From an uncultured Solirubrobacterales bacterium (lineage in GTDB: Bacteria > Actinomycetota > Thermoleophilia > Solirubrobacterales > 70-9), in assembly GCA_963796815.1 (NCBI GenBank), contig CAWCNF010000006.1, positions 60,593 through 124,592 of the forward strand: a DNA stretch of 64,000 nt, given 5' to 3'. The notes under the pieces were generated by a model. That model did not search any database. It saw nothing but the letters and a program-made list of their open reading frames with translations, and was not told the origin of the DNA. This document shows positions 11,199 through 22,901 of the stretch, piece by piece (the stretch's first letter is position 1; each line of letters opens with the position of its first letter). The position numbers and the translations under genes were made by a program.

Positions 11199-12490
11199 GT
11201 CGGACTGGGCCGGTCGCCGGCTTCACTTCATCGCGATCGGCGGTGCCGGGATGAGCGGCCTGGCACTTGTGGCAAAGCGACTGGGCGCGGACGTCACCGG
11301 CAGCGACCGCGCGGAGAGCTCGTACATGCACGCGCTTCGCGAGGCTGGTGTCGAGCCGTACATCGGCCACGACGCCGGCCAGGTGCCTCCCGATGCCGAC
11401 GTGATCGTGTCCACCGCGATCGCCGACGGACAATCCTGAACTGGCGGTGGCACGGGATCGCGGGCAGCGGGTGATCCACCGCGGCGAGCTGCTCGCCGAG
11501 TTCTGCTCGCTGCGCCGGTTGATCGCCGTCGCCGGCACCCACGGCAAGACCACGACGACGGGCATGCTCGTCCACGCGCTGGCGGCCCTGGGCGCCGATC
11601 CCGCCTACTTCATCGGCGGTGAACTGTCCGGCGCCGGAAACGCGGGCTGGGGGGCGGGGGAGTGGGTCGTCGCCGAGGCAGACGAGTCGGACGCCAGCTT
11701 CCTCGAGCTGCACCCCGAGATCGCGGTCATCACCAACCTCGAGCTCGACCACCATGCCCGCTGGCGCTCGCGAGCCGAGCTCGAGGCCGGGTTCGCGCGC
11801 TTCGCGGCCCCGGCGGCCGGGGTCGTGCTCGGCCCCGATGCCGCCCTCGATCGCCTCGCCGCGAGCGCGCCGCATCAGGCCTCGCTGCGTTTCGACGACG
11901 AAACGCCCGGCCCCGAGGCCCTCGCTCTCGCGGTGCCCGGCCGCCACAACCGGATCAACGCCCGCGGGGCTCTCGCCGCGCTCGAGCTCGCGGGGTTCGA
12001 CACCGTCGCCGCGGCCGCGGCTCTCGAGAGCTTCCCGGGGATGCTGCGCCGCCAGCAGCGCAAGGGGGAGCGACACGGCGCCGAGATCTACGACGACTAC
12101 GCCCATCACCCGACCGAGGTCGCGGCGACGCTCGAGGCGCTGCGCGAGCTCGGCCCGCGCCGACTGATCGCCGTCTTTCAGCCCCACCTCTACTCGCGCA
12201 CCAAGGCGCTGGCCGAGCGCTTCGGCGCCGCGCTGGCGGCGGCCGACGCGATCGGCGTCCTCGACGTCTACGCCGCCCGCGAGGAGCCGGTTGGCGAGCT
12301 GGCCGGCGTCACCGGGCTCGACGTCGTCCGCGCCACCGCCGACCACGCCGGCGGGCGCCCGGTCTGGTGGCTGCGCGATGCCGACACGGCGGTCGCCACG
12401 CTTCCTCAACACCTGCGCGAGGGCGACCTGCTCGTCACGATCGGCGCGGGCGATGTATTCAGGGTGGGCGAGGCTCTGGTGGAGGCATGA
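11185..12490 (+). CDS. murC: UDP-N-acetylmuramate--L-alanine ligase MurC. One extra G near 11428.
   Basis: Matching segments are HFIAIGGAGMSGLALV, (shift) NPELAVARDRGQRVIHRGELLAE, AVAGTHGKTTTTGML, AEADESDASFL, ITNLELDHH, VPGRHNRINA, DDYAHHPTEV and FQPHLYSRT. Its stop overlaps the murB ATG in an ATGA. Confidence 0.9.
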
Positions 12491-13405
12491 CCGAGCCCCC
12501 GGGCATCGAGCGCGATCACGCCCTCGCGCGGCTGACGACGGTGCGCACCGGTGGCTCCGCCGACTTCTTCGCGCGCCCGGAGACCGAGGACGAGCTGGTC
12601 GCGCTGCTCGCGTGGGCGGATGCGCAGAGCCTTGCCGTCGAGGTCGTCGGCTCGGGCTCGAACCTCCTGGTTGCCGACGACGGGGTGCGCGGACTCGTGC
12701 TCAAGCTGGCGGGGCAGCTCGCCGCCCTCGAGCGCGACGACACCCACCTGCTCTGCGGCGGCGGCGTCCGGCTGCCATCGGCCGCGGCGAAGGCGGCGGG
12801 GTGGGGGCTGACCGGCCTGGAGTTCGGGATCAACATCCCCGGCACCGTCGGCGGCGCGGTGCGGATGAACGCCAACGCCTACGGCGGCCAGCTCGCCGAG
12901 ATCCTCGAGTGGGTCGAAGTCTGCACCGCGGCGGGCACCGACAGGCGCCTACCCGATGACCTCGGCTTCGCCTACCGGCGTTCGGCGCTGCGCAGCGGCG
13001 AGGTCGTCGCCCGCGCGTCGTTCGCGTTGGACGAGGCCGAGCCCGCCGGCGTCAAGGCGACCCTGGCCGAGATGCGGGGCAAACGGCGCGAGGCCCAGCC
13101 CTCGGGAATCAAGACCTTCGGCTCGACCTTCAAGAACCCGGATCCCGGCGCCCCGGGCGTCGAGGGCCGGACCGCCGGGCTGCTGCTCGCCGAGGCGGGC
13201 TGCCCAGGAGATCCAGATCGGGGGCGCGCGGCTGTCGCCGAAGCACGCGAACTTCGTCGAGAACACCGGCACCGCCACGACGGCCGACGTCCTCGCGGTG
13301 ATGGCCGCAGCGCGCCGCCGCGTCCATGAGCGCTTCGGGGTCGAGCTCGAGCCCGAGGTGCAGGTCCTTGGCGACGCCGAGTGGCCGGAGGATTGGGAGC
13401 TCTAA
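12487..13405 (+). CDS. murB: UDP-N-acetylenolpyruvoylglucosamine reductase MurB. One frame change near 13205.
   Basis: Matching segments are LARLTTVRTGGSADFFARP, VVGSGSNLLVADDGVRGLVLKL, NIPGTVGGAVRMNANAYG, KTFGSTFKNP, and (shift) IGGARLSPKHANFVEN. Confidence 0.9.
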
Positions 13406-13422
13406 GGAAGAACTCCTCCCTG

Positions 13423-14418
13423 ATGAGCTCTTCCCGCGCCGCGACGCCCGCTGGGCGCACCCGTAAGACAGCGCGCACTCGTGGGACCGCGACCAAGACG
13501 AAGACGAAGACGAAGGCCGCGCCACGGCCGAAGGCCGCCCCCAGGTCGAAGCCGAAGACGGCCGCCCGGCCGAAGCCGCGCCGCGCCACGCCGGCCCGCC
13601 GGCCCAGGGCTCGCCGGGCCGCACCCAAGCGCACCGCCCCGCGGCGCAGCCCGCTCGCCTGGACGCGCGATCAGATCAGCGGCGTCTCCTGGCGCTACCG
13701 CCTCGCGACGATCGCGATCCTCGCGGTCACCGCCGCGGCGGGGTACTTCTTCTGGCTGCGCGACTCGTCACTCGTCGCGATCGACAACGTGGACGTGGTC
13801 GGCGTCACCTCCGGCGACCGCTCGGAGATCATCGGCCAGCTCACCGACGCCTCGGAGTCGATGACGACACTGCACGTCGACCGGGCCAAGCTCGATTCCA
13901 TCGCCGCGCAGTTCCCCACCGTCGCCTCGATCAACATCGACCCGAACTTCCCTCACGGGATGCGCATCGAGGTCACCGAGCGGCCCCCGACGATGATCAT
14001 CGCCGCGGGCGACCACCAGGTTCCGGTGGCCGCCGACGGGACGCTGCTCACCGGGGTCGAGGTCTCCAAGGACGATCACCTGCCGGTGCTCAACGTCGAC
14101 AAGGCGCCGACGGGCGCCACCCTCGCCGGCACCGAGCTCGACGAGGCGCTCGTCGCCGGCGCCGCGCCGGCCGAACTGCGGCCGCTCATCTCCAAGATCG
14201 AGTTGACCAAGGAGTTCGGGGTGCAGATCACCCTGCGTGGTGGGATTCCGGTGCGTTTCGGAGCCGGGGCGGCGGCGGATGAGAAGTGGTCGGCGGTCGC
14301 CGCCGTGCTCGCGGATCCGAAGCTGACCACGCTTTCCTACGTGGATGTGCGGGTTCCCGACCGGCCGGCGGTTGGCGGCGCCAACACGAGCGCGATTTCC
14401 ACCGACCCTCAACTGTAG
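13423..14418 (+). CDS. ftsQ: Cell-division protein FtsQ (POTRA + FtsQ domains) with a Lys/Pro/Ala-rich N-terminal tail.
   Basis: The ORF is intact. It has a basic tail (TKTKTKTKAAPRPKAAPRSKPKTAARPKPRR), the TM segment LATIAILAVTAAAGYFFWL, and then a POTRA-like LVAIDNVDVVGVTSGDRSEI. It occupies the expected position between murB and ftsZ. Confidence 0.8.
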   Translation: MSSSRAATPAGRTRKTARTRGTATKTKTKTKAAPRPKAAPRSKPKTAARPKPRRATPARRPRARRAAPKRTAPRRSPLAWTRDQISGVSWRYRLATIAILAVTAAAGYFFWLRDSSLVAIDNVDVVGVTSGDRSEIIGQLTDASESMTTLHVDRAKLDSIAAQFPTVASINIDPNFPHGMRIEVTERPPTMIIAAGDHQVPVAADGTLLTGVEVSKDDHLPVLNVDKAPTGATLAGTELDEALVAGAAPAELRPLISKIELTKEFGVQITLRGGIPVRFGAGAAADEKWSAVAAVLADPKLTTLSYVDVRVPDRPAVGGANTSAISTDPQL

Positions 14419-14506
14419 GTCGAGAGTTTAGAAACTATGTCAACCTTCCAGTTCGCATCGAGGGTTGGCCCGTTGCAGGATTCCATGCCGAGATTCGGGT
14501 CGGCGA

Positions 14507-14535
14507 TTGACACGTATCCGGCGATGCCCTACCTT
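14507..14535 (+). promoter_or_regulatory. Candidate sigma-70-type promoter for ftsZ (TTGACA-N17-TACCTT).
   Basis: TTGACA lies at 14507-14512, then a 17-nt spacer, then TACCTT at 14530-14535, about 115 nt upstream of the ftsZ ATG in the 231-bp ftsQ-ftsZ spacer. This is a motif match only. Confidence 0.25.
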
Positions 14536-14601
14536 CGTCTTGACGTCTAGGCTGCACTTTGCGGAAAACGGTCGAGTTTCGCTTTAGCCTCGGACGGAAC
14601 G

Positions 14602-14628
14602 TCAACTCAAGGTCAACTGGGATCAACT
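14602..14628 (+). promoter_or_regulatory. Three helically phased TCAACT direct repeats in the ftsZ 5' leader.
   Basis: TCAACT occurs at 14602, 14613 and 14623, with spacings of 11 and 10 nt. The last two copies extend to TCAACTGG. The repeats end 21 nt before the ftsZ ATG, just upstream of the GGGAG Shine-Dalgarno sequence. Confidence 0.3.
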
Positions 14629-14649
14629 GGATCTAGGGAACGGGAGAAG

Positions 14650-15735
14650 ATGGTCGAGTCGTCCTATCTCGCGGTAATCAAGGTCGTCGGCGCTGGCGGC
14701 GGCGGAACCAATGCGGTTAGCCGCATGGTCGACGCTGGCCTCAAGGGCGTCGAGTTCATCGCGATCAACACCGACGTGCAGGCGCTTCAGTCCTGTGAGG
14801 CGGATATCAAGCTTGCGGCTGGCCACAACCTGACCAACGGCCTCGGCGCCGGGGCGAACCCCGATGTGGGTGCGGGCGCCGCAGCCGAGTCGCGCGACGA
14901 CATCAAGGAGGCGCTGAAGGGCGCTGACATGGTTTTCGTCACGGCCGGCGAGGGTGGCGGCACCGGCACCGGTGCGGCCCCCGTCATCGCCGAGATCGCC
15001 AAGGAGGAGATTGGCGCGCTCACCGTCGGCGTCGTCACGAAGCCGTTCGAGTTCGAGGGCAACCGCCGCATGCAGCAGGCGCTCGAGGGCATCGACAAGC
15101 TCCGCGCCAAGGTCGACACGCTGATCATCGTCCCGAACCAGAAGCTGCTCGAGGTCGTCGAGCGCCGGACCTCCGTCCAGGAGGCCTTCCGGATGGCTGA
15201 CGACATCCTGCGCCAGGGCGTCCAGGGCATCACCGACCTGATCACCACGCCGGGCCAGATCAACCTCGACTTCGCCGACGTGCGCACGGTCATGGCCGAC
15301 GCCGGCTCGGCGATGATGGGCATCGGCACCGCCGCCGGCGAGAACCGGGCCCAGGAGGCCGCGAAGATGGCGATCAACTCCCCGCTGATGGAGGAGTCGA
15401 TCGAGGGCGCCACCGGGATGCTCCTCAACTTCACTGGCTCCGAGGACCTGAACCTCTTCGAGGTCAACGAGGCAGCGGACATCGTCGTCTCGACGGCCGA
15501 CAAGGGCGCCAACATCATCTTCGGCACCGTGATCGATCCGGGCATTGGCGACGAGGTCCGCGTGACCGTTATCGCCACCGGGTTCGAGGGTCGCGAGACG
15601 CTGGCCCGCAAGCCGATGCAGGTGCGCGAGCGCAGCCGTCGCCGTCAGGTGTCGCCGCTGGCCGACCGCGAGCGGCGTGAGCTCCAGGTCTCCGACGACG
15701 ACATCGACGTGCCGTCGTTCCTGCGCAGCAACTAG
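14650..15735 (+). CDS. ftsZ: Cell-division GTPase FtsZ.
   Basis: An intact 361-aa ORF carrying the tubulin signature [13 protein letters not shown], plus NTDVQAL and [15 protein letters not shown], and the C-terminal peptide [12 protein letters not shown]. Confidence 0.98.
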   Translation: MVESSYLAVIKVVGAGGGGTNAVSRMVDAGLKGVEFIAINTDVQALQSCEADIKLAAGHNLTNGLGAGANPDVGAGAAAESRDDIKEALKGADMVFVTAGEGGGTGTGAAPVIAEIAKEEIGALTVGVVTKPFEFEGNRRMQQALEGIDKLRAKVDTLIIVPNQKLLEVVERRTSVQEAFRMADDILRQGVQGITDLITTPGQINLDFADVRTVMADAGSAMMGIGTAAGENRAQEAAKMAINSPLMEESIEGATGMLLNFTGSEDLNLFEVNEAADIVVSTADKGANIIFGTVIDPGIGDEVRVTVIATGFEGRETLARKPMQVRERSRRRQVSPLADRERRELQVSDDDIDVPSFLRSN

Positions 15736-15736
15736 C

Positions 15737-16840
15737 CTCGCCCGCATCAAGCGGACTGCTCTTTACGACGCGCATGTAGCGGCGGGCGCGAAGCTCGTGC
15801 CGTTCGCGGGCTGGGAAATGCCCGTGCAGTACGAGGGCGTCCGCGCCGAGCACGTCGCGGTCAGGACCGGGTGCGGCGTCTTCGACGTCTCGCACATGGG
15901 CGAGATTGAGACCCGCGGCCCGGGCGCGCTCGAGCTGCTCCAGCGCCTGCTCTCCAACGACGTCGCCAGGCTCGAGGTCGGCGGCGCGCAGTACTCGTGC
16001 CTGTGCCAGGACGACGGCGGCATCCTCGACGACCTCTTCACCTACCGCGTCGGCGACGACCGCTACCTGACGGTCACCAACGCCGCCAACCACGAATCCG
16101 ACCTCGAATGGTTCCAGCGCCACGCCACGGAGTTCGACGCCGAGGTCTCAGACCGCATCGACGACTACGCGATGCTCGCCGTGCAGGGCCCCAACGCCCG
16201 CGCGATCGTCGCGACACTGCTCAAAGGCGAGCTTCCACCGAGGATGCACACGGCCGAGCTGACACCCCGCACGCCCGGAGACGAAGCGGGAGTTGCTCTC
16301 GTCTGCGGTACCGGCTACACAGGCGAGGACGGGGTGGAGGTGCTGCTTTCGCCGGCCGACGCCCGGGCCTTCTGGGACGGCTTGCTCGACGGCGGCGCGA
16401 TCCCCGCCGGCCTCGGCGCCCGGGACACCCTGCGGCTGGAGGTCTGCTTTCACCTCTACGGCAACGATCTCTCGACCGACCGCAACCCGATCGAGGCCGG
16501 CCTCGGGTGGTGCTGCAAGGAGGACACGGGCTTCATCGGCTCCGATGCGATCGCCGCCGCGCGTGCCGGGGCACGGCGGAGAAGCTCGCGCCCTTCAAGC
16601 TGACCGACCGCGGCATCCCGCGTCAGGGCAACGCAGTGCTCGACTCCGCGGGCGAGCGCGGCCGGCACGGTCACGAGCGGCACGCTGTCGCCGTGTCTCG
16701 ACGAGGGCATCGGCATGGCCTACGTCCGCGCGGACCTCGCGGGCCCCGGCACCGAGGTCGAGATCGATGTCAGGGGCAAGCGCCGCCCGGCCCGCATAGA
16801 GTCAAGGCCCCTCTACGACCCGCACCCGAAGGAGAGCTGA
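15737..16840 (+). CDS. gcvT: Glycine cleavage system aminomethyltransferase GcvT. No canonical start codon at the expected position, and two compensating frame changes near 16565 and 16665.
   Basis: Matching segments are [75 protein letters not shown] and [17 protein letters not shown]. The stop is TGA 16838-16840. The only in-frame ATG/GTG/TTG upstream is ATG 15677, inside ftsZ. Confidence 0.85.
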
Positions 16841-16841
16841 C

Positions 16842-17232
16842 TTGGCCGACGCGAGCTACCCCGACGACCTCAAGTACCACGCCGAGCACGACTGGGCGCG
16901 GATCGACGGCGACGAGGCCACGTTCGGCATCACCTGGTACGCCCAGGACGCGCTCGGCGAGGTCGTCTTCTACGAGCCCCCGGAGATCGGCGCGACGATC
17001 TCGAAGGACGCTGCGCTACGCCGAGGTCGAGTCGGTCAAGGCCGTGTCCGACGTGATCGCGCCGCTATCGGGCGAGATCACCGAGGTCAACGGGGCGCTC
17101 TCCGACGAGCCCGAGAAGATCAACGAGGATCCGTACGGCGACGGCTGGCTGGTGAAGGTGAAGCTCTCCGACCCGGCCGAGCTCGACTCGCTGATGGACG
17201 CGGCCGCGTACACGGAGCTGCTCGCCGACTGA
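16842..17232 (+). CDS. gcvH: Glycine cleavage system lipoyl-carrier protein GcvH. One frame change near 17010.
   Basis: The gene starts at a TTG. Matching segments are [39 protein letters not shown] and (shift) [25 protein letters not shown], with the lipoyl-Lys in the ESVKA context, followed by [11 protein letters not shown]. Confidence 0.85.
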
Positions 17233-17266
17233 GTTGCGATCGGGGGCGGTCGCTAGCCTCAATCGC

Positions 17267-18643
<1,377 letters not shown>

Positions 18644-18680
18644 CGGCAACAAAGTCGCCAGTCGCCGAGGGGGCACGGGC

Positions 18681-20231
18681 ATGACCCCCGCCACCCAGCC
18701 CGCCCGCGACCGCGGACAGACCGACGCCCCAGCAGCGCGACCGCGCCACGACGATCTACGAGCGCTCGGTCGAGGGCCGCCGCGCCGCGACGCTGCCGCC
18801 GGCCGGGCGTCCCCGAGACGCCGCTCGACGAGCTGATCCCGGAGAAGCTGCTGCGTCCAGCGGGCCCGCCGCTGCCCGAGGTCGTCCGAGCCCGAGATCG
18901 TCCGCCACTACAACCGCCTCTCGCGCCGCAACTTCGACCTCGACACGGGCCCGTACCCGCTCGGCTCGTGCACGATGAAGCACAACCCGCGCCTCAACGA
19001 GAAGGTCGCGGCGCTGCCCGGTCACGCCCGCCTGCACCCGGCCCAGAACCCCAAGCGCGCGCAGGGCGCGCTCGAGCTGATGTGGAACCTCGAGCGGGCG
19101 CTGAGCGAGATCTGCGGCCTGCCGCACGTGTCGCTGCAGCCATCGGCGGGCTCGCACGGCGAGCTCGCCGGGCTGCTGCTCACCCGCGCCTACCACGAGG
19201 ACCGCGGCGAGGAGCGGACGCAAGGTGCTCACGCCCGACACCTCTCACGGCACCAACCCGGCGACGGTGACGATGGCCGGCTACGAGGTGGTCAAGGTCG
19301 CGACCAACGAGCGCGGCGGGGTCGATCTCGACGACCTGCGCGCCAAGGCCGAGGACGACGTCGCCTGCCTGATGCTCACCAACCCGAACACGCTCGGGCT
19401 CTTCGACGAGAACATCGCCGAGATCGCCGAGATCGTGCACGGCGTCGGGGGGACCCTCTACTACGACGGCGCCAACCTCAACGCGATCATGGGCTTCACG
19501 CCGCCCGGGCGACATGGGCTTCGACATCGTCCACGTCAACCTCCACAAGTCGTTCAGCCAGCCGCACGGCGGCGGCGGCCCGGGGGCGGGACCGATCGCC
19601 GTCTCCGACCGCATCGCGCCGTTCCTGCCGGTCCCGCGCATCGTCCGCAACGAGGCCGGCAACTCGAACAACGGCGCGGGCCCGAGCTTCGACCTCGACT
19701 ACGATCGGCCAGAAGTCGATCGGGCGTCTGCGCGGCTTCCAGGGGAACTTCGGCGTCTTCGTTCGCTCCTACGCCTACATCTCGAGCCTCGGCGGGGACG
19801 GCCTGCACGAGGCGTCGGAGACGGCGGTCCTGAACGCCAACTACCTGCTCGCGAAGCTGCGCGAGGGCCGCGCCGGCAAGTACCTGCCGCTCGCCTTCGA
19901 CCGCACCTGCATGCACGAGTTCGTCCTCTCGGGCGCGGCGGCCAAGCGCGACCTCGGCGTCACGCACTCTCGACATCGCCAAGCGGCTGCTCGACTACGG
20001 CTTTCACCCGCCGACGATCTACTTCCCGCTGCTCGTCGACGAGGCGCTCATGGTCGAGCCGACGGAGACCGAGACGCGCGAGGCGCTCGACGACGCTCGC
20101 CGACGCGATCGAGTCGATCCTGGCCGAGGCCGAGGAGGATCCGGAGATCCTGCGCGAGCGCGCCCTACACGACGCCGGTGCGCCGCCTCGACGAGGCGGC
20201 CGCCAGCCGCAAGCCAAAGATCCGGGCTTAG
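18681..20231 (+). CDS. gcvPB: Glycine dehydrogenase (decarboxylating) subunit 2, GcvPB. About 8 frame changes.
   Basis: Matching segments are [92 protein letters not shown], the PLP-Lys context in [36 protein letters not shown] and [11 protein letters not shown]. Confidence 0.85.
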
Positions 20232-20238
20232 CCGCGGT

Positions 20239-21047
20239 CTAGGCGGGCTTCGTCCCCTGGGTGACCAGGTAGGCGCCGTCGAACTCGACGCCGCCGTCGG
20301 TCGCGGTGTTCACGTCCTGGTACATCGAGCTGAGGTCTGAGACCAGTTCGTCCCAGCGACCGTCCGCTTCCAGCTGAGGTCGCAGCAGCACGATCGGCCC
20401 GAACTTGTCCGTGTACTCGTCGACGGTCTCGTCAGCGGAGTCGAAGCGCCAGTGGGCACGCCGAGTCGGTGAACTGCAGAGTCGGCACCGGTTGGGCGCG
20501 AAGATCTCGGTGACGTGGTCGCGAACGCCCCACAGGGGCGGCGGCTGAAAGCCCTCCGGCGGGGGCGGGGCGTACTTCGCGATCGTCAGGAAGAAGCGAC
20601 CGATGTTGCCCTCCGGGCGCCAGGCGACAACGCCAAAGCGCCCGCCCGGCTTCAGCACGCGCGACGATCTCGGCGGCCGTCTTGGCGTGGTCCGGCGCGA
20701 ACATGCAGCCGAAGGTCGAGAGGACGACGTCGAACGTGTCGTCGTCGAACGGCAGGTCCTGGGCGTCGCCCTCGATCCACTCGACATCGACGCCGTACTT
20801 CTCGGCATTGCGCTTTGCGTCGGCGAGCAGCTGCGGGGTGATGTCGAGGCCGGTGACACTCGGCGCCCTTGGCCGCGGCGGGAATCGAGACGTTCCCGGT
20901 GCCGCAGGCCACGTCGAGCACGCGCTCGCCCTCGCTGATCCCCACGCTCTCGACGAGGTCGTCGCCGACCTTCCAGATGCGCTGCGCGATCGCGTCAAAG
21001 TCTCCGGCGGACCACGTTGCCCTGGCCCGGTCCTGCGCCTCGGTCAT
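20239..21047 (-). CDS. Class I SAM-dependent methyltransferase (Methyltransf_11/25-like). Two frame changes.
   Basis: An AAGGAGG Shine-Dalgarno sequence lies 5 nt before the ATG at 21047. Motif I is in [22 protein letters not shown], followed by [41 protein letters not shown] and [13 protein letters not shown]. The start overlaps the stop of the upstream LigD-Pol gene in an ATGA. Confidence 0.7.
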
Positions 21048-21939
21048 CTCGCCTCCTTTGGGAGCTTCTGTTTGAGCTCGAGTACCGGCGCAAACAGGTC
21101 CCCGTACTTTTTCACCCTCTTCAAGACCTCGGCGGCCTCGAACCGAACCGACTCGGGATCGCCATCGTTTGCGAGCTTGGTGACCTCGTCCCAGGTCAGC
21201 GGCGCCGACGCCGTCGGGCGCTCGCGACCGCGCAGCGAATAGACCGCGACCGTGGTCTTCGAGTAGTCGTTCTGGCTCCAGTCGACGAGGACCTTGCCCT
21301 TGCGCAGCTCCTTGGCCTGCTTGGAGACGACGAGGTCGGGCTCGGACTTCTCGAGCGCCTGGGCGATCGCCCGCGCGTACGGCTTGGTCTGCTCGTACGT
21401 GGCGGCGGTGTTGAGAGGAACGTAGACCTGGATGCCCTTCGAGCCCGAATGCTTCGGGAAAGCACTCGAGGTCGAGCCCGCCGAACAGCTCGCGCAGCCG
21501 CAGGGCGACCTGTGCGCACTCGACCGCGCTGGCCGGCGGCCCCGGGTCGAGGTCGAACGCCAGCACGGTTGGCCGCTCGGGCTTCTTGGCGCAGCGACAG
21601 CGACGGATGCAGCTCGATCGCGGCCAGCTGGGCGAGCCAGATCAACGTCGGTAGGTCATCGCAGACGATGAAGTCGAGGACGCCGGCGGTCCCCATCTCG
21701 ATCGGCGCGGTCTTCACCCAGTCCGGCGTGTGCTTGGGTGCGCGCTTCTCGAAGAACCGCTGGCCCTCGACGCCGTCGGGGAAGCGAACGCGGGTGAGTG
21801 CTCGGCCGTTGAGGTGCGGCAGCAGGACCGGCGCGACCTTCGCGTAGTAGTCGAGCATGTCGGCCTTCGCAAACCCGGTCTCGGGCCACAGGACCTTGTC
21901 CAGGTTCGTGAGCGCGAGCTCGCGCCCGTCGACCTCTAC
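21044..21939 (-). CDS. ligD: Stand-alone LigD polymerase/primase domain protein (NHEJ PolDom). Two frame changes and no canonical start at the expected position.
   Basis: Matching segments are EVDGRELALTNLDKVLWPETGFAKADMLDYYAKVAPVLLPHLNGRALTRVRFPDGVEGQRFFEK, LIWLAQLAAIELHPS, VLAFDLDPG, (shift) KHSGSKGIQVYVPL and VLVDWSQNDYSKTTVAVYSLRGRERPTASAPLTWDEV. The first in-frame ATG is at 21858 (MLDYY), so automatic callers would probably start there. Confidence 0.8.
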
Positions 21940-22820
21940 TTGGCGGTTTTGGCCTTGCTTCGCGATGTGCTCTTGGACGAGCTGGCGGGCTTCTTGGCCT
22001 TGGTCTTACCGTTGCTCGACGACGACTTCGTCTCCTCGTCGCGCACCGCCGCGAGGCTCTCCTCGAGGGCGGCCATGAGGTCCGGAGCCTTCGTCGGCGT
22101 CGGTTCGTCGCTCGGCGCCGAGACGATGCTCTCGCCCTTCGCCTTGCGCTCGATCAGCGCCAGCAGCTCCTCGCGGTACTCGTCGCGGTAGCTGTCGGCA
22201 TCGAAGTCATCGGCGAGGGAGTCGATCAGGGCCTTCGCCATGTCGAGCTCCTTCTTCTTCGGAGGCTCGACGTCGTCGGCAAAGAGCTCGGTGATCTCGT
22301 TTGGCGGGACGACCTCGTCGGCGAAGCGCATCGTCGCCATCGTCATCACGTCGCCCATCGGGCGCAGCGCCGCGAGGCTCTCGCGGTTGCGCAGGACGAA
22401 ACGGGCGATCGCGACCTTCTTCGAGTCGGCCATCGCCTTGACCAGCAGCGCGTAGGCCCGTTCGGCGCCCTTGTCAGGGCCGAGGTAGTACGGATGGTCG
22501 AAGTAGATCGGGTCGATCTCGTCGAGATCGACGAAGTCTGAGATCTCGATCGCCCGGGTCTTCTTCGGGTCGAGCTCGTCGAGCTCGTCCTTCGTGATCA
22601 CCACGTACTGCTCGGGGGCGATCTCATAGCCCTTGACGATGTCGCCGTACTCGACCTCCTCGCCATCCGCCTCGGCGACGCGCTTGTGGCGCACGCGAGA
22701 CCCGTCCGACTCCCGGAGCTCGCGGAAGCTGACCGACTTCTTCGAGACGGCCGAGTAGAGCTTCACGGGCACGTTGAGGAGCCCGAAGCTGATTGAGCCT
22801 GACCAGATAGCGCGAGCCAT
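21936..22820 (-). CDS. ku: Ku protein (NHEJ DNA-end binding) with a Lys-rich C-terminal tail.
   Basis: An intact 294-aa ORF. It reads MARAIWSGSISFGLLNVPVKLYSA..VSFRELRE, then YEIAPEQYVVITKDELD and DPIYFDHPYYLGPD. The tail is KTKAKKPASSSKSTSRSKAKTAK. Confidence 0.95.
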   Translation of the reverse strand: MARAIWSGSISFGLLNVPVKLYSAVSKKSVSFRELRESDGSRVRHKRVAEADGEEVEYGDIVKGYEIAPEQYVVITKDELDELDPKKTRAIEISDFVDLDEIDPIYFDHPYYLGPDKGAERAYALLVKAMADSKKVAIARFVLRNRESLAALRPMGDVMTMATMRFADEVVPPNEITELFADDVEPPKKKELDMAKALIDSLADDFDADSYRDEYREELLALIERKAKGESIVSAPSDEPTPTKAPDLMAALEESLAAVRDEETKSSSSNGKTKAKKPASSSKSTSRSKAKTAK

Positions 22821-22859
22821 GGGGTATCTGAGTACCTCAGACTACCCCGGCCTCCTTTC
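22821..22859 (-). promoter_or_regulatory. Translation-initiation region of ku, in which a GAAAGGAGG Shine-Dalgarno sequence is separated from the ATG by a 28-nt perfect-stem hairpin.
   Basis: The minus-strand RNA reads GAAAGGAGG-CC-GGGGUAGUCUGAGGUACUCAGAUACCCC-AUG. The hairpin has 12 bp, one bulged G and a 3-nt loop, at plus-strand coordinates 22821-22848. The Shine-Dalgarno complement lies at 22851-22859. No purine-rich tract lies within 12 nt of the ATG. Confidence 0.5.
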
Positions 22860-22901
22860 TAATCGGTCTGGACGAAAAATCGTGCCGACAGGATCCCCTG
22901 A

